DNA of 55,568 nt, counting the filler, from Sphacelaria rigidula (taxonomy: Eukaryota): the NCBI GenBank assembly GCA_964200075.2. It is 5 parts of 5 records of this genome, joined end to end, with 100 filler letters (N's around TTAATTAATTAA, not from the genome) between each part and the next. Parts side by side here need not be neighbours in the genome. Positions count along the whole stretch, not along the records: positions 1 to 11,035 come from CAXNAA020005500.1; positions 11,136 to 22,169 come from CAXNAA020005501.1; 3 more parts are not named here. The stretch is one strand, 5' to 3'. Made by a program: the position numbers and the translations under genes. Positions within the stretch are counted from its first letter, which is position 1, and the number at the start of each line of letters is the position of its first letter. Shown here piece after piece: positions 1-11,899 of this stretch. The notes under the pieces were generated by a model that was not told the origin of the DNA, searched no databases, and saw only the letters and a program-made list of their open reading frames with translations.

Positions 1-1290
1 TCCTGCTCCCGCCCGCGCGGGGGAGGGGGGCCCCCCTCCGTTTCTCCCCGGGCGGGGGGGGGGGGGGGGGGGGGCGAAACTGAATTGAACCCTGGCGCTT
101 TTCTCCACTCTCGTACCCACTCCCTACCATGTAAGAGGGGAGCGAGGCGTGGTCAACGTCACAAAACCAGATTGAAAGTAAGGGGAGTTCAGTGTTCCGG
201 GCGACGTTCTGGTAGCAGAAGCGGCTTCCGTACATGCTGGTTCATGCTTTCGATCCAAAATTCACTAATTAGCAAAAGCCTTTCGCGTTACTACCCGATC
301 GTTGTATGCATGGTATCCTACTGACCGCCATGGACATGAATAAGGGTGACGTGGTCGGATCTATGTTCAAGACCATACTGGCGGCGCGTAGCGCGTGTCT
401 TAGCACATTACTTTTAGATCGAAAATATACGGTGGTGTAGAAAACTCCCACCATCTGATAGGTGGTATTTTCAACCACCGTAATTTATGTCGATCGCAGC
501 TTACATCACAACCTATTGGATCGGAATTCTTGGTCTCTACCGCACTTTTTCGATCGAGGACCGATGTCCGAAGACACGGCATTAGGGCCATAAAAAACCC
601 AAAAGCGTACCTCGGCCAATCAGCGTCCTTGAAACTGTTCTGAAATTTAAAATGCGACTTCCCAACCCAATTGTCACCTTATTTCCACATGCTTTACATT
701 CTAGCAACGGTCATCAGCTCAGAAACCTGACGGGGGAAAAAAACGAAAAAGTTATTCATGGGATAGAATTATATACGCAAAACCGTGGTTGCTCGGTGAT
801 GTAGGGTTTCGGTGTCGTCGGATTTCCACTGATGATAAGCACCGAAGACCTCAAAAAAGGCTCACGATAGTTTTCCCTATATCTGCCGTAGGAAAGTTTC
901 GACTGGCATCAAACTTGCAGTTCGGGAGGTGTGGATACTCCAAAGGTAAAATATGAAGTGCTGAAGATATTTCAACTTCAATCCGCCCTTCACTGGCTTC
1001 CGCGGGTCCCCGCGTAAAGACCCCCCGTAAACCGGTACAGAATGCCAACAACTAAAAAATAATAAACTATGCGTCCTGGTGTATTCCGAGGACATCAGTA
1101 CGCTGTGTCGTTGCGTAATAAAATTTTTAAAAAATGATGCACTGGGGTCGTTTTGACGTCCAACGCACCCGCAAAAGTCGTTACTACAGCGAAATAGCTA
1201 GGATTTTGTACGTCTCAGGCCCATTTATTCGTACAGAGGCCGAAATATTCAAGCCGACTCTCGCGTTTAGAGTCTGAAAAATTACAGATA

Positions 1291-1471
1291 CCATGGGGCA
1301 TTTCGTAACTTCAAACGAATGGGGCTTCTTGTCTTTTTGCTTTCTTCGCCGTACTTCGGGGATTCAAGAACGACATGTTACTCCCCAGGACCCTGGGACC
1401 CGTTATGGTCGGCGAAAAAGAAGAGAAACACGAAAAAACCAATTCCTTGCAAGTTTCGAAATGCTCCATGG
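1291..1471. mobile_element. Small MITE-like element with ~20-bp terminal inverted repeats
   Basis: CCATGGGGCATTTCGTAACTT at 1291 and AAGTTTCGAAATGCTCCATGG ending at 1471 are inverted repeats with 2 mismatches. TA lies to the left; the interior is non-coding. Confidence 0.5.
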
Positions 1472-2038
1472 CATATGTGTGCAAATGTTCACAGTCTCAC
1501 TCCAAGAACCCGCGAAAATGTTCGCGGATGAGTGAATTTCGGGTCAAAAGCATGAACAACTCTGTACGTGTAATGAATAATGAACATAATGTTTGGAATG
1601 CGGACAATTCCCATCTTCATCGCTTGATGGTGAGTCCTTTAGCTGCTTCAATGCCTCACGACCCACAGGGAGCCTTTTTTTCCGGGGGCTTCATGATAAG
1701 TGTATCCCTCCGCGTCGTGTTCCTCCACGCGGGATGGTCAACCCGCCAGACGACAGCTACGTCCAACGTTTGAAAACACGCCAAAATAACGAAAGAACCA
1801 ACATCCACACCGCATAACCGGAATACGAAAACGCTAGCCAACAAGTTCAACCGGCAAACAGCACCATTCCACCCCACAACAGAAACAGAACTTATACTCT
1901 GAGTGAGGGCAGCGCGCGGACTCCGAACCCTCCCCGTGTAGACAAATGACACATCACAGATACAAGACTACAACACCAATGCTGAACTTTTCGGCGATGC
2001 CACCCACCCATCAACCCCTCTCACTCACTCCCGCCCAC

Positions 2039-5000
2039 CTGCGGTAGTAGTCTGGTGCATCCACTGAAGGACGGTTTCCCTGCGGCGGCTGAGTCGTTTG
2101 GCTGCCTTGTTCGCCGACGCCTCTTGCTCCTCACTAGGCGCGCCGTCCGACAAGGTTAGCGCGCTCGCCAGAAGGGTAGCTTCCAAAGTGGAGGCATCAC
2201 CACCGTCTTCACTCTGCACGAGGGAGAACGATGCAAGTACATGAAACAAGTGACGTAACAGCCAAACATCAAAGTAAGCACAGCACAGCACCGCACAGCA
2301 CCGCACAACCGAAGGAGGGCTGGATTCTGCGCCCCCCCCAAAAAACAAATGTCACGATTACACAGAAGAAACACGAAACGGTACATATTCGAGGGGACAA
2401 AATAATATATCATAGCCAGGAATGCCCACCGAGCCGGCCATGTCTCCTCTACTACTAAACCCCCGCCTCCACCTTTTACCCCCGTCGCGTGTGCCGCCGC
2501 TTAGATGCGTTCGGTGACCGGCCCAGCTTTGCGCGATACGTACGTTGTGCGCACGAACGGGAAAACAACCACAAGGGGATATACCGGAGAAAGACTGAAT
2601 AAATTGCTTTTTTCGCGCCCAGTCGTCAGTTGGCCGAACATTGGCCGGGCTTTCGAAGGGGGATGGGGAGAGGGAGGGGGATTACTCATGATCATGCATG
2701 CTGTAGTCGTACGACCATTGGCCTCACATCACGACAAAACTGGGACGGAGCACGCCGGGTTCTCGCCGGACCAGGCTCGTAATCGATCACCATGCGCGAA
2801 GCGCTGTGATGTGTTCGGCGAGTCATATAGGGGGTGAGCTGCATCCCGCCATGCCTGTTCGACCCGAAGCGTACTAGTAATCTTGCATACGGATGACAGC
2901 CTTGAATGAGTTGCTTTATTTTCTGGCATTGCCACTTCCAGAGACAGCCACGGGTTACACTACCTCATGGGTGTCTCACCATAGAAACACTACGTAGTAC
3001 GATAATCCCTTTGAGCAGAAATGAGGCACTCCACCCTGCGCAGTATGATCTAGTTCGACCACCATTATGGTTACCGCAAAAAAACGCGAGCGAGAGAAAA
3101 ACGATAACGTGGATGCCTAGCTCACGTAGTGAGTGGCGTGTTTTCAGCACCGTTGCCAACCGACGCCAACCCTAAAAAGGGAGGGGGGGGGGGGGGGGGG
3201 CGCCGGGGGGTTGTTTTCGGGGGGGGGCACAGCGCGGAGGGGAAAAAAGCTGTTCCCCCGCAAGGGGNNNNNNNNNNGGAAGCGAGCTGCGAGGAGGAGG
3301 AGAGGGGGGGGGGGGGGGGGTGGGGGGGGGGGGGGATCCGGGTAGTTGCTTTCGGCGGAGAGACAACGCCAGAGTAGATAAAAGCTGTTCCCACGCAGAG
3401 GTTGCGCGTGATGGTAATTCGTGCATGGGCCATCGTCAGCGACATTTTTCAGCCTCAGAACAGCAAAATTCAGACAGTACCGAAGCGATGATCGCGCCCA
3501 CAATAGTACACATATTTTGTCGTGGACGTACCAAGATTTGAACATACACAGCTGTTGCTGAACACCTGAACGACGCATCCGGTCAACGTGTACGCGCTGT
3601 ACATAGGCGGCGCGTGCGATTGTGGTTGAGTGGTATTTCAGTGTTGTACACCTCCGGTTTAGGTTGCATTTGCGGAAACCGCCCCCCCCGCATTGTAATC
3701 AACAGAGCAGAACGGGCGCGAGTTGACACAAACACACAAGAATCGCACATGATGTCGCAGCTGTGAGCTCGACCCCTTCAGAAGCCCCTGCTGCCCAGAC
3801 GGGAGCTCGTGGCGTTGAGAGTTGGGCAAGCGGGGTCGGCCCCCGTCGGTTCATGTGTTCCGAACATGTAGACAAGGGTTGCCCTAATCCGCCCCCCTCA
3901 ACCATTATGAAGACTGGCCTCTTGCAAGTTTTTTAGGCAGGAAGCAAAACTTGATGAATTTGATTGAGCACCCACCTGGTCCCCCGACGGTCATCTACGT
4001 GTACAATACTGTCACTCTCCAAAGACTGACGGGACTGTCCAAGGTGTATGTTCTCGAAACGATCGGAATCGGCCGACGAAGGGGTTAAGATAATCAAAAG
4101 CGAGTGTCAAGGATTTCCGGTGAGAAGAAAAAAACGTACCAGCTCCAAGATAGCCAGGCCATTCGTAAGGGCTTGCTGCTCGCCAGCGCCAGCGCCGGCG
4201 CTGCTGCCCTGCTGTCCCCCCGAGTTCTCCTCTACTTCGGCAGCCTCGGCTTCGATAGATTTTCTTACTTCTTCCGCCACTCCGACAGCCCACACTGTGT
4301 CGGTTGCGTTGGTGACTAGGAACAAATTCCTGGTCAGTCATGCGCGGACGGTGGGATACAGGGAGGGGTAGGCGGGGAACGGGGAGATCGAATTCACGTT
4401 AACCTATAGACCGCGAGACTAGTCTTTTTGGATCATGCATACTTTTTTTCACTTGAAATGGATGCCGATTCAACACAAGACTAACCTCGCGGTCTAAGGG
4501 TTAAGGGTTCCGCTATGCTCAGTCATGTTCACTGCTTAGATATACTATCTAGATGACCCACAAAGTCAACTTGAAATTGGAACGAATAAAATGGAATAGC
4601 GTCAGAACGGGGGGGGGAAATGCGGAGAACACATGAGAGAGGAAGGGACAAAGCGTTCGGAAGATTTGCGTCATGTATCCATCGAGCGTTCTTGGGCATA
4701 CACAAACAAAATCCGGTAAAACCCCGGTGAAGTGTGGGGCAAATGTGGCAGTCATGGAACGCGCTGGAAATACCCACGCACGTGTTGATGTTGATACACC
4801 CCTCTCGGAGCCACACGATAACGCTGCATCAACTATAAACAAAACGAGATGCTGAAAAGAAAAAAAAAGAGTGGTGAAGGTCCAAGGTCCAAGGCACGGC
4901 CAGCATAAGAATTGAAAAACCCAACACCGCAGTTTTGCTTCAGAGCTATCACGTGAGCAAGCACACCGCCTCTTTGAACTCCACCACTGCCGTTCAGCAC

Positions 5001-8000
5001 CAGACAACGGGGCAAACAAGAGGAGGGGGGGGTGGGGTGTACTCATTTGTTGCTTGCCTTGGTCGTTCGACCATTGACCGTGCACTCCTTTCCAGACGGA
5101 GCACCGTTCCTACTCCTAATAGAGACACCTCCAACATTTCGGTGCTCGTTATGTTTCTACAATACACTACTCAAAAACCTTTTACATATCTGATCCCCGT
5201 CCTGTTTCGCCGTCTGTGGCCACCATTCATCTCCTGGTATAGCCATCGTTTTCTCGCTACTGTCTACTGCATCAAACGATTTCACGCCACCTTAATTCAC
5301 TTCCCGCATTTCCCCTCAAGCACGTCCCGTTCCTTCTTGGGTAGTTTACATTTTGCCACTATACGTTGTAGAAACAGTAGAACACGTACTTCCTCCGTGG
5401 GGTAGATCAAACCACTCTAACCACGGGGTTGGAGATGTTCAAGTTAAGTTCATTAGAAAAAAGAGGGGGCTTGTAGGGGACGGGACGGGACAGGACGGAA
5501 TACAATTTGTGCGGAACTTTGGGGCTACATATTTCTAATTTTGGGGGAATTTTTCTTTATATATATATATATATTGAGAATTCCCTTGAAAATAGGAAGT
5601 TGATACCTTTGCACGCCAAGCCCCCAACACAGACTACACAACACAACGGAATCTCTCCTAGCAACGCCTTTCCCCATAAGCGCGGCCGTGACATATCTTT
5701 GGCCTACCGCTACGCCATGACCAAACCCTGAAACAGGGGGGGGAAATACTGCCATTCTTTAGGAAGACCAAGTTTTTTTCACGCCATCAGGATACCTGGT
5801 GGGGTACGCCCACGAAAAAACAAAAGCATTTAATAAAAATTTACAAATCACGCGTCTGCCACGATGAAGGACCCGTGTAAACTAGCCTAGTCTACCTATG
5901 AAACAGAGGGGGTACGAGCGCAGTGCACTACCTTGCGATCTCTTCCCGGCATGCCTTGAACGGATGGTCCAGGCCTTCCACCAAAAGGGGACAGAGCTCC
6001 TGAGCAATGCGTTCCGCCGTGGCCGCGGTGCCTTCGCGAGCGGACAGCTCGATCAAGACCGCTCCTATAAAACTCAGCCACTTCACCTGGTACATGGAAA
6101 CCATGGGTAAATCGGAGGAGGGAAAGGAAGGGGGCGTACTCATTCGTTGCTTGCCTCAGTCGTTTGACCGTTGACCACGCATCCCTTCCGAGACGGAGCA
6201 CCCTTACTACTGCTAATAGAGACACCTTCAACATTCCGGGCGCTCATTACGTTCCTTCCATACATTGCACAAAAACCTTTTACATATCTTATTCCCGTCC
6301 TGTTTCGCCGTCTCTGGTGGTGGTGGTGGTGGTGGTGGGGGGGGGGGGGGGGGCAACGGACATGGCAAACCCTCCAAGAGATGAGAAACCACGTAACCGT
6401 TTACTCATAATGCCCAAAAGCTGTTGCGAACACATCTTCATCCTACGCGGAGACAAAACCAGGGTGAGTGCTATAGTGGGAGGAGGCAGGTGGTACGGTA
6501 CAATGCACACAGACGAGGGACAGTATGCTGCGTTCAGGTGTGTGTGTGTGTTGTCACCCCATCTGCTCTGGACGCCAGTCTACGCCTTTCGGTATATGCG
6601 GGCGCATCAGCCGGGGTCACACGGGAGGAAGGTCAGCACAGGAGTTTTTTCTTCGGTTATTTCGTTGTGGTAAAGGTACCTCAAACTCGATTTCCGGTTT
6701 CCTGTTTTACTCGCTGGCTCGGGGTTTTGTACTATTTTTCCAAGTGAAAGTGTTGGCGATTCATAGGAGGACCTGACCTGGCGGTCAAAAGGTCTCATCA
6801 TCTGATGAATCGCCACCATTGTTCACTTGAAACTATAGAACAAAACAAACCAGGAAACCGGCAACCGAGTTCGAGATACGTCTAATACTCTCCCTTCTTT
6901 TTGCGCTGCTTGCCTTGTTTATTTTGTTTTCGCTAGAGGGATTCAGCAGTTCATTTCCCTCGTTGACCATGAAGTCGACTCTTGTGTACCCACGACGCAG
7001 TCGTTTTTCACTGTTGGGCATAGTGTGAGAAAAATCCCACATCGTGTGATTTCACCGAGATTCGAACCCACGACCCAACCCTCTCTAGGTTGCGAGATTA
7101 CCAACTGAGCCACCGGGGCGACCAGTGTTGAGGTAGAACGACAGTATGGCGGGTAGAGACAAGTCAGTTACCCACGTTGTACAACAGCACCCTGATACCG
7201 AACCTCCCTTTTCTACGGCGATGGACTGCACGTGGCCGCGCTGTCTTCACCCCGAAAAACCACGACGGCTACTACATTACATTATCCCTCGTCCTAGCTT
7301 GTTCTCACATATGCACAGAGCAGGTAGTCGTGAGATGAGAGGAACGTGCGAGGCTGGCCGAAGATCAGCCTTTGGAACAAACGTTTTTGCTCGCCAACCC
7401 GTTTATTTTTTTATGGAAGGGGAGGGACGGACGGAGGGAGGGACGGAGGGGTGGTTGCCACGGCGACGATGCGCTTGAAATTCTACATTTGTTTGAAACG
7501 CTTCATTTACGGAGAATTGCATCAGTCACCTCGGCACCTGAAGTATTCTTGTTGTCATCGGAGGAGCTCTTCTGCCATTTGCCTGAAACGACTACATGGA
7601 TAATGGCATCTCTGGGAAAAAAAGCAAGAGCTGATCGACCAACCGAAGTCAGTAATATATTGGCTGCTATCACCGAGGGTGACCATATCACCTGTCTTGG
7701 CTTTTGAAGGGTGCACACAATGGCGGTACGTATACGCACATATTTCTCAGTCAACTTGGAACGTTCCAAGCGACGTGAAACAAGAGGCACCAACACACCA
7801 TATGTTATCAGAGGCTTGCAGTCTCACCAGCACGGAGTAGTCATCTCGCCCTTTACCGCCGCCCTGAAGCACCGCTACTGTCCGCTCCACCAGTTTGGAA
7901 ACGAGGGGTTCAGCTCCGGTGGCGCTGCTTCCGTCCAGTGCATAGCGGATAGCATCGGTCCTGCATGCAGACAACCACGAACGTCACGTGCCGAAGGGGA

Positions 8001-10828
8001 TGGGGAATGGGGGGGAGGTGGCGTGTTCATTTGTTGCTTGCCTTAGTCGTTTGACCATTGACCACGCACCCCGTTCGAGACGGAGCATGGGGAGGGGGAG
8101 TAGTGCGACATGCGGGCAAACACCGGGCCAAGAAAGCCAGTGCAAGGTCCGCGCACGTGAAGGAAGGAAGCAGGTGGTTCGTGCCAGGCAAGCAAAGGCT
8201 TGGGAATTACTCCATCACTCTGGGCTGCCGGGCCTATAAAACAGAAGGAATCAACCGGCCCCACTTGAACATGTGCACATGGAATGGGGGGAGGGGGGGG
8301 CGGGGGCGTACTTATTTGTTGATTGCCTTAGTCATTTGACCCTTGACCACGCATCCCTTTCGAGACGGGTGGGGGAGACGGGTTATCACATTTTTGAAAA
8401 TATCGTCCAGGGTCGTCCAGGGAGCCGTCCGGCACACCCAACCAAAAATATGCCCACAAAAGTTTTGATGAACCAAACGCAACCGTTTACTGTGCATGGA
8501 CACATAGCAATTATTTCACCAAGTGCACGTCACGTTGATACACAGAACAAAAAGCTCCATTATGGTGGGAATCCCGGCATAGTGCTGTGGGCCGCCTGCC
8601 TGGCATGGCCGCACCATGCCGGGACCCCGCACTATGCTGGTACGGTGCAAATAACTTTGTATTTGTACTATGTAAACGGACCGCACGAACACTAGGCACC
8701 ACATATCGAGCTGTGTGCCGCACAGCAGTCGCTGGAAGAAAAGCAAACAAAAAAAAGCTTTCGGTTCGACATTCCTACCGTGCATTGTTGAAAAAAAAAG
8801 AAGCAAACATTGAAAATTGAAATTAAATATATGTATATATATATATCGATGCCGAAAAATTGAGTCCCAGGGCACGTTTCGAGCAAGCGAGCGTGTTTCT
8901 CGAGAAGAGCTGAAACCAACTGAACCCCCCCCCCCCACACACCGAAACAGACGCTTAGTACAATTGTCCCAAGCGGTAACTCTGAAGTCAGCCAAATGTG
9001 ATATACTTGGCTTGGCTACGGTTGATACAGAAGAGAGGTACTGTGTAGCACTGCTCTATTTCGACGTCTGCAGACCGCACACACCGCGCCAGGAGTGCAC
9101 TGTAGGGCGGAAAGATTACATAAATCACATTGTCTGGACACATCGCTAGTAACCGGACAACGTTCGCCCGAGCAGAACACCTCGTACCACGGTGAACTCA
9201 ACTGAGGCAAATGTATCGATCTACGCGCATATATTGCGCCAGTGTCCGTAGGTGACGGCGTTTGCATTGAAGCGTCAAACACACACATACACACACACAC
9301 CATTGCACCCTCATGAAAAGAAAAAACATCCTGACGATTATGGTTTTTTCCTGGCGCCATATTTTATTCTTAATAGTGCTTACCCTCTTCGTTATCGCAG
9401 CATCGGTCTAGGATGTTTCCAGTCGGGCACCCAAAAACGAAAAGATGAAAAAAAAAGTGGGTTCGGGATACGGTTCAGACCGACACGTCATCCACCACGT
9501 CTCCTGCGGTTTATCTCAATGTTCGGTGTTGAATCGATTTACATCCCGATGAAAACACGCCCCCACTAAAAAAGGGGAGGGGGGGGGAGGGGGGGGATCA
9601 CGTGGACGAATTTCCACGAAATATCTCAAACCCACCAGTCGAAGGTTCCCTCTAGGCTGACCCCCTCCAACTCTGTATCGATGAAGGGAATCAGCACGTC
9701 CCGTAGCACCGTCTGCTCCCGGCCATCCCCCTCGCCCCGCCTTTTTTTCCTTGCCAGAACGGCCACCACCCCCGCGCCCACTTCGGCGGCGGCGCAATCA
9801 AAGGACCGCTTGTCCTCGTGCGCCGCCGCTCCCTTAGCGCGCGCCACCTCTTCCAGGAGAACGCGAATGCTCTCCCCTCGGTGCTCCGGGGCGATGCCCG
9901 CAATCACCGCTGACACGAGACGCGCGTTACGCGCCCAGAAGAGCCGAGATCGGGCTGTGAAGCGCAGTCGAGGGAACTGCCGCGTAGTTTGAGAGGGTAC
10001 AGTAGCGGAAACGTGACATAGACATAAATAGGGTTAACTGCAGAAGGACTTCATCCACTATTGGCATACGTCCTGTGTGTACTTGGGGCGGTACTTGAAG
10101 CATGGATAGCAGCAGGAAGGGCGAAAAAGTATGAGACAGAGGAGGGTATGAGGTGTACAAAAATTTGGGGGAGGGGGGAGGGGTTCACGCGTGAAAAAAC
10201 ACACACGCACAGTAACCGAGATGATATGCCAGAATATATCAACAGCGAACGAAGAAGTACTCATCATGCAGAAGTCACAACCCACCAGCTCCCTATCCCC
10301 TCGTCCCGCGTCTTGCACAACCTCTTTCACCCCCAACGACCACTGCTCCGCGCCGGCCGAGCCGCCGCCCTCGGTGGCCTGCTTCTTGTGGTTATGCGCA
10401 AGAGCCCGGAAAAACGGCTCCAAAAATGCCCTCGAGCGCAACATCTCGGACACCTCGCTGCCCCTCCCCGCCGGGTGGGGAGCTGCGGTCGACAGCAGCA
10501 ACCTCGATAGCGCTCCCAGGGCCACCTTCTGCAGCGGCTGCCCATCTCCCCCGGACAGGCAATCCGCAAACCATCGCCACACGGCCATCGGCATTGGGGA
10601 CGCGCGTACGGTGGGTGTCGGGTCGGCCACGGTGGCTGGTGAGTCGCTCTCACCCGAGCCGTTCGTTGTGTTCGGAGCGGACAGAGCTGCAGGACGTATG
10701 AGGTGCATGAGGCACCAGGACGCCATCAGTTGGTATCGCCAGCCTCCGCTTGTGGACGGGGCACCGCCGCTGAATGCCGCCAGCCGTTTTAGTAGACCGT
10801 CCAAGAGAGCATCATGTTCCGCCTTGTC
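2039..10828 (-). CDS. PSME4: Proteasome activator complex subunit 4 (PA200/Blm10), partial; six internal exons: 10828-10286, 9976-9636, 7960-7828, 6086-5932, 4329-4140, 2213-2039
   Basis: All six exons have AG/GT ends and splice in frame (543, 341, 133, 155, 190 and 175 nt). The peptides follow plant/animal PA200 in order: WRYQLMA..., QKVALGALSRLL, RAFLEPFFRALAHNH, EDKRSFDCAAAEVGAGVV, SLEGTFDW|TDAIRYA, FIGAVLIELS, DHPFKACREEIAR, RETVLQW. No start or stop was found in this contig. Confidence 0.85.
2677..3172. repeat. ~500-bp interspersed repeat (family C), copy 1
   Basis: Colinear and similar to 31415-31927 along its whole length (e.g. GAGCACGCCGG..TTCTC..GGACCAGGCTCGTAA..GATCACC; GCCTAGCT.ACG.AGTGAGTGGCGTGTTTT). 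Starts in a G tract. Confidence 0.8.
4403..4500. mobile_element. 98-bp piggyBac-type MITE in a PSME4 intron
   Basis: TTAA at 4399-4402 and 4501-4504 flanks the inverted termini CCTATAGACCGCGAGACTAGTCTT / AAGACTAACCTCGCGGTCTAAGGG. A TTAA target duplication with CC...GG ends is the piggyBac signature. Confidence 0.75.
5033..5220. repeat. Interspersed repeat family D (G-tract anchored); other copies at 6130-6316, 8018-8087, 8302-8368, 23221-23290 (inverted), 36632-36704 (inverted)
   Basis: Shared core GG(T/C)GTACTCATTTGTTGCTTGCCTTAGTCGTTTGACCATTGACCACGCATCCCTTTCGAGACGG in six places on three contigs. Confidence 0.8.
6537..7124 (-). mobile_element. tRNA-derived SINE family A copy, interrupted by a MITE
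   Basis: The head (reverse complement of GGTCGCCCCGGTGGCTCAGTTGG...GGGTTCGAATCTCGG) is at about 7055-7124. The (CA)n tail is at 6537 and matches the other family A copies. Confidence 0.8.
6673..6882. mobile_element. MITE with ~30-bp TIRs inserted in the SINE
   Basis: GGTACCTCAAACTCGATTTCCGGTTTCCTG versus CAGGAAACCGGCAACCGAGTTCGAGATACG. The SINE sequence resumes on both sides, and related termini occur at 49261-49344. Confidence 0.65.
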
Positions 10829-11035
10829 CTGCGAAAAGAAAAAAAAACGTGCCGCGAAACAGTCGGAACGAGCACGTTGGGGGCGCTGCTACACTAGACG
10901 AGTTTATCTTGCTCAAGCTTCCTGACTGCGACTCACGAGGTGTTCGATATCACGGTCGTGGGGGGGGGGGGGGAACGCCCCCACAGCCCTGACCGTCCCC
11001 CCCGCCACTCAAAAAAAAACAAAAAAAACACATAA

Positions 11036-11135
11036 NNNNNNNNNNNNNNNNNNNNNNNNNNNNNNNNNNNNNNNNNNNNTTAATTAATTAANNNNNNNNN
11101 NNNNNNNNNNNNNNNNNNNNNNNNNNNNNNNNNNN
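11036..11135. other. Artificial contig-joining spacer N44-TTAATTAATTAA-N44 (also 22170-22269, 33303-33402, 44436-44535)
   Basis: The same 100-bp spacer occurs four times and its 12-mer gives stops in all six frames. The flanking segments have near-identical, non-increasing lengths. Confidence 0.97.
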
Positions 11136-11390
11136 AATGGACACAATCCCGGGGAGCGGTTGATTCTCATTTCAAAATACGTTCCCATTTTTCTGGCAAC
11201 TCTGTTAAACGCTGGGGATTCTCACTCAAGACTTTGATTTGGAGAATGATACTAGGTAGGCAGCGGCAACTGCTGTATGTCCAGGTTCCACTTGGAGCAG
11301 GATGCGTTTGGTGTCCGTCTGACGAAGTTATCCCCAGAAAAACGAAATCGATGAGGCTTTTAGACTGGAAAAAATCTAGCAAAAAAAATA

Positions 11391-11784
11391 GGGTCTTGCT
11401 ATTTACGTCAACGTTGAAGTAATCTGTTACATCCGTCAACGTTCGGCATCCGTCCCACAAGCTCCGCATGGACACAGCAACACATGAAAAACACTCACAC
11501 AGTCTCTAGCTATCGTTCAAGCCATCGCACGGAGCAAACGGACCCGTAACGGATGTGATACATGCTTATGGCAGAGTGAGCACGCTTGTGGCATGCCACC
11601 ATGCATCATGCATGTATCTCATCCGTTACGGGTCCGTTTGCTCCGTGCGATGGCTTGAACGATAGCTAGAGACCGTGTGAGTGTTTTCCATGTGTTGCTG
11701 TGCCCATGCGGGGCTTGTGGGACGGATGCTGAACGTTGACGGATGTAACAGATTACGTCAACGTTGACGTAAATAGCAAGACCC
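11391..11784. mobile_element. Foldback MITE with ~175-bp TIRs (Mutator-like)
   Basis: 11391-11564 (GGGTCTTGCTATTTACGTCAACGTTGA...) is a near-perfect inverted repeat of about 11611-11784, around a ~45-bp spacer. The flanks AAAAAAATA / AAAAAACTA are a candidate 9-bp TSD with 1 mismatch. Confidence 0.8.
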
Positions 11785-11899
11785 AAAAAACTATCGCAAG
11801 AATTCGATTGCAAGAATCCCGACGCAAAAAATGTATCGTACGAATCCGATCGCAAGAATCAGGACGCAAAAACGGAGTCGCAAAAAAACAGTTAGTCGA

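Noticed and set aside
3175-3340. Gly/Pro-rich ORFs and an apparent duplication around the 10-N gap (similar low-complexity sequence at 54367-54480 and 1-75)
   Set aside because: 3205-3267 is a G-biased noisy copy of 3345-3402 next to poly-G runs, typical of low-quality read ends.
10191-10925. 244-aa plus-strand ORF and other antisense ORFs over exons
   Set aside because: Shadow ORFs of GC-rich PSME4 and SNAPC3 exons on the opposite strand.
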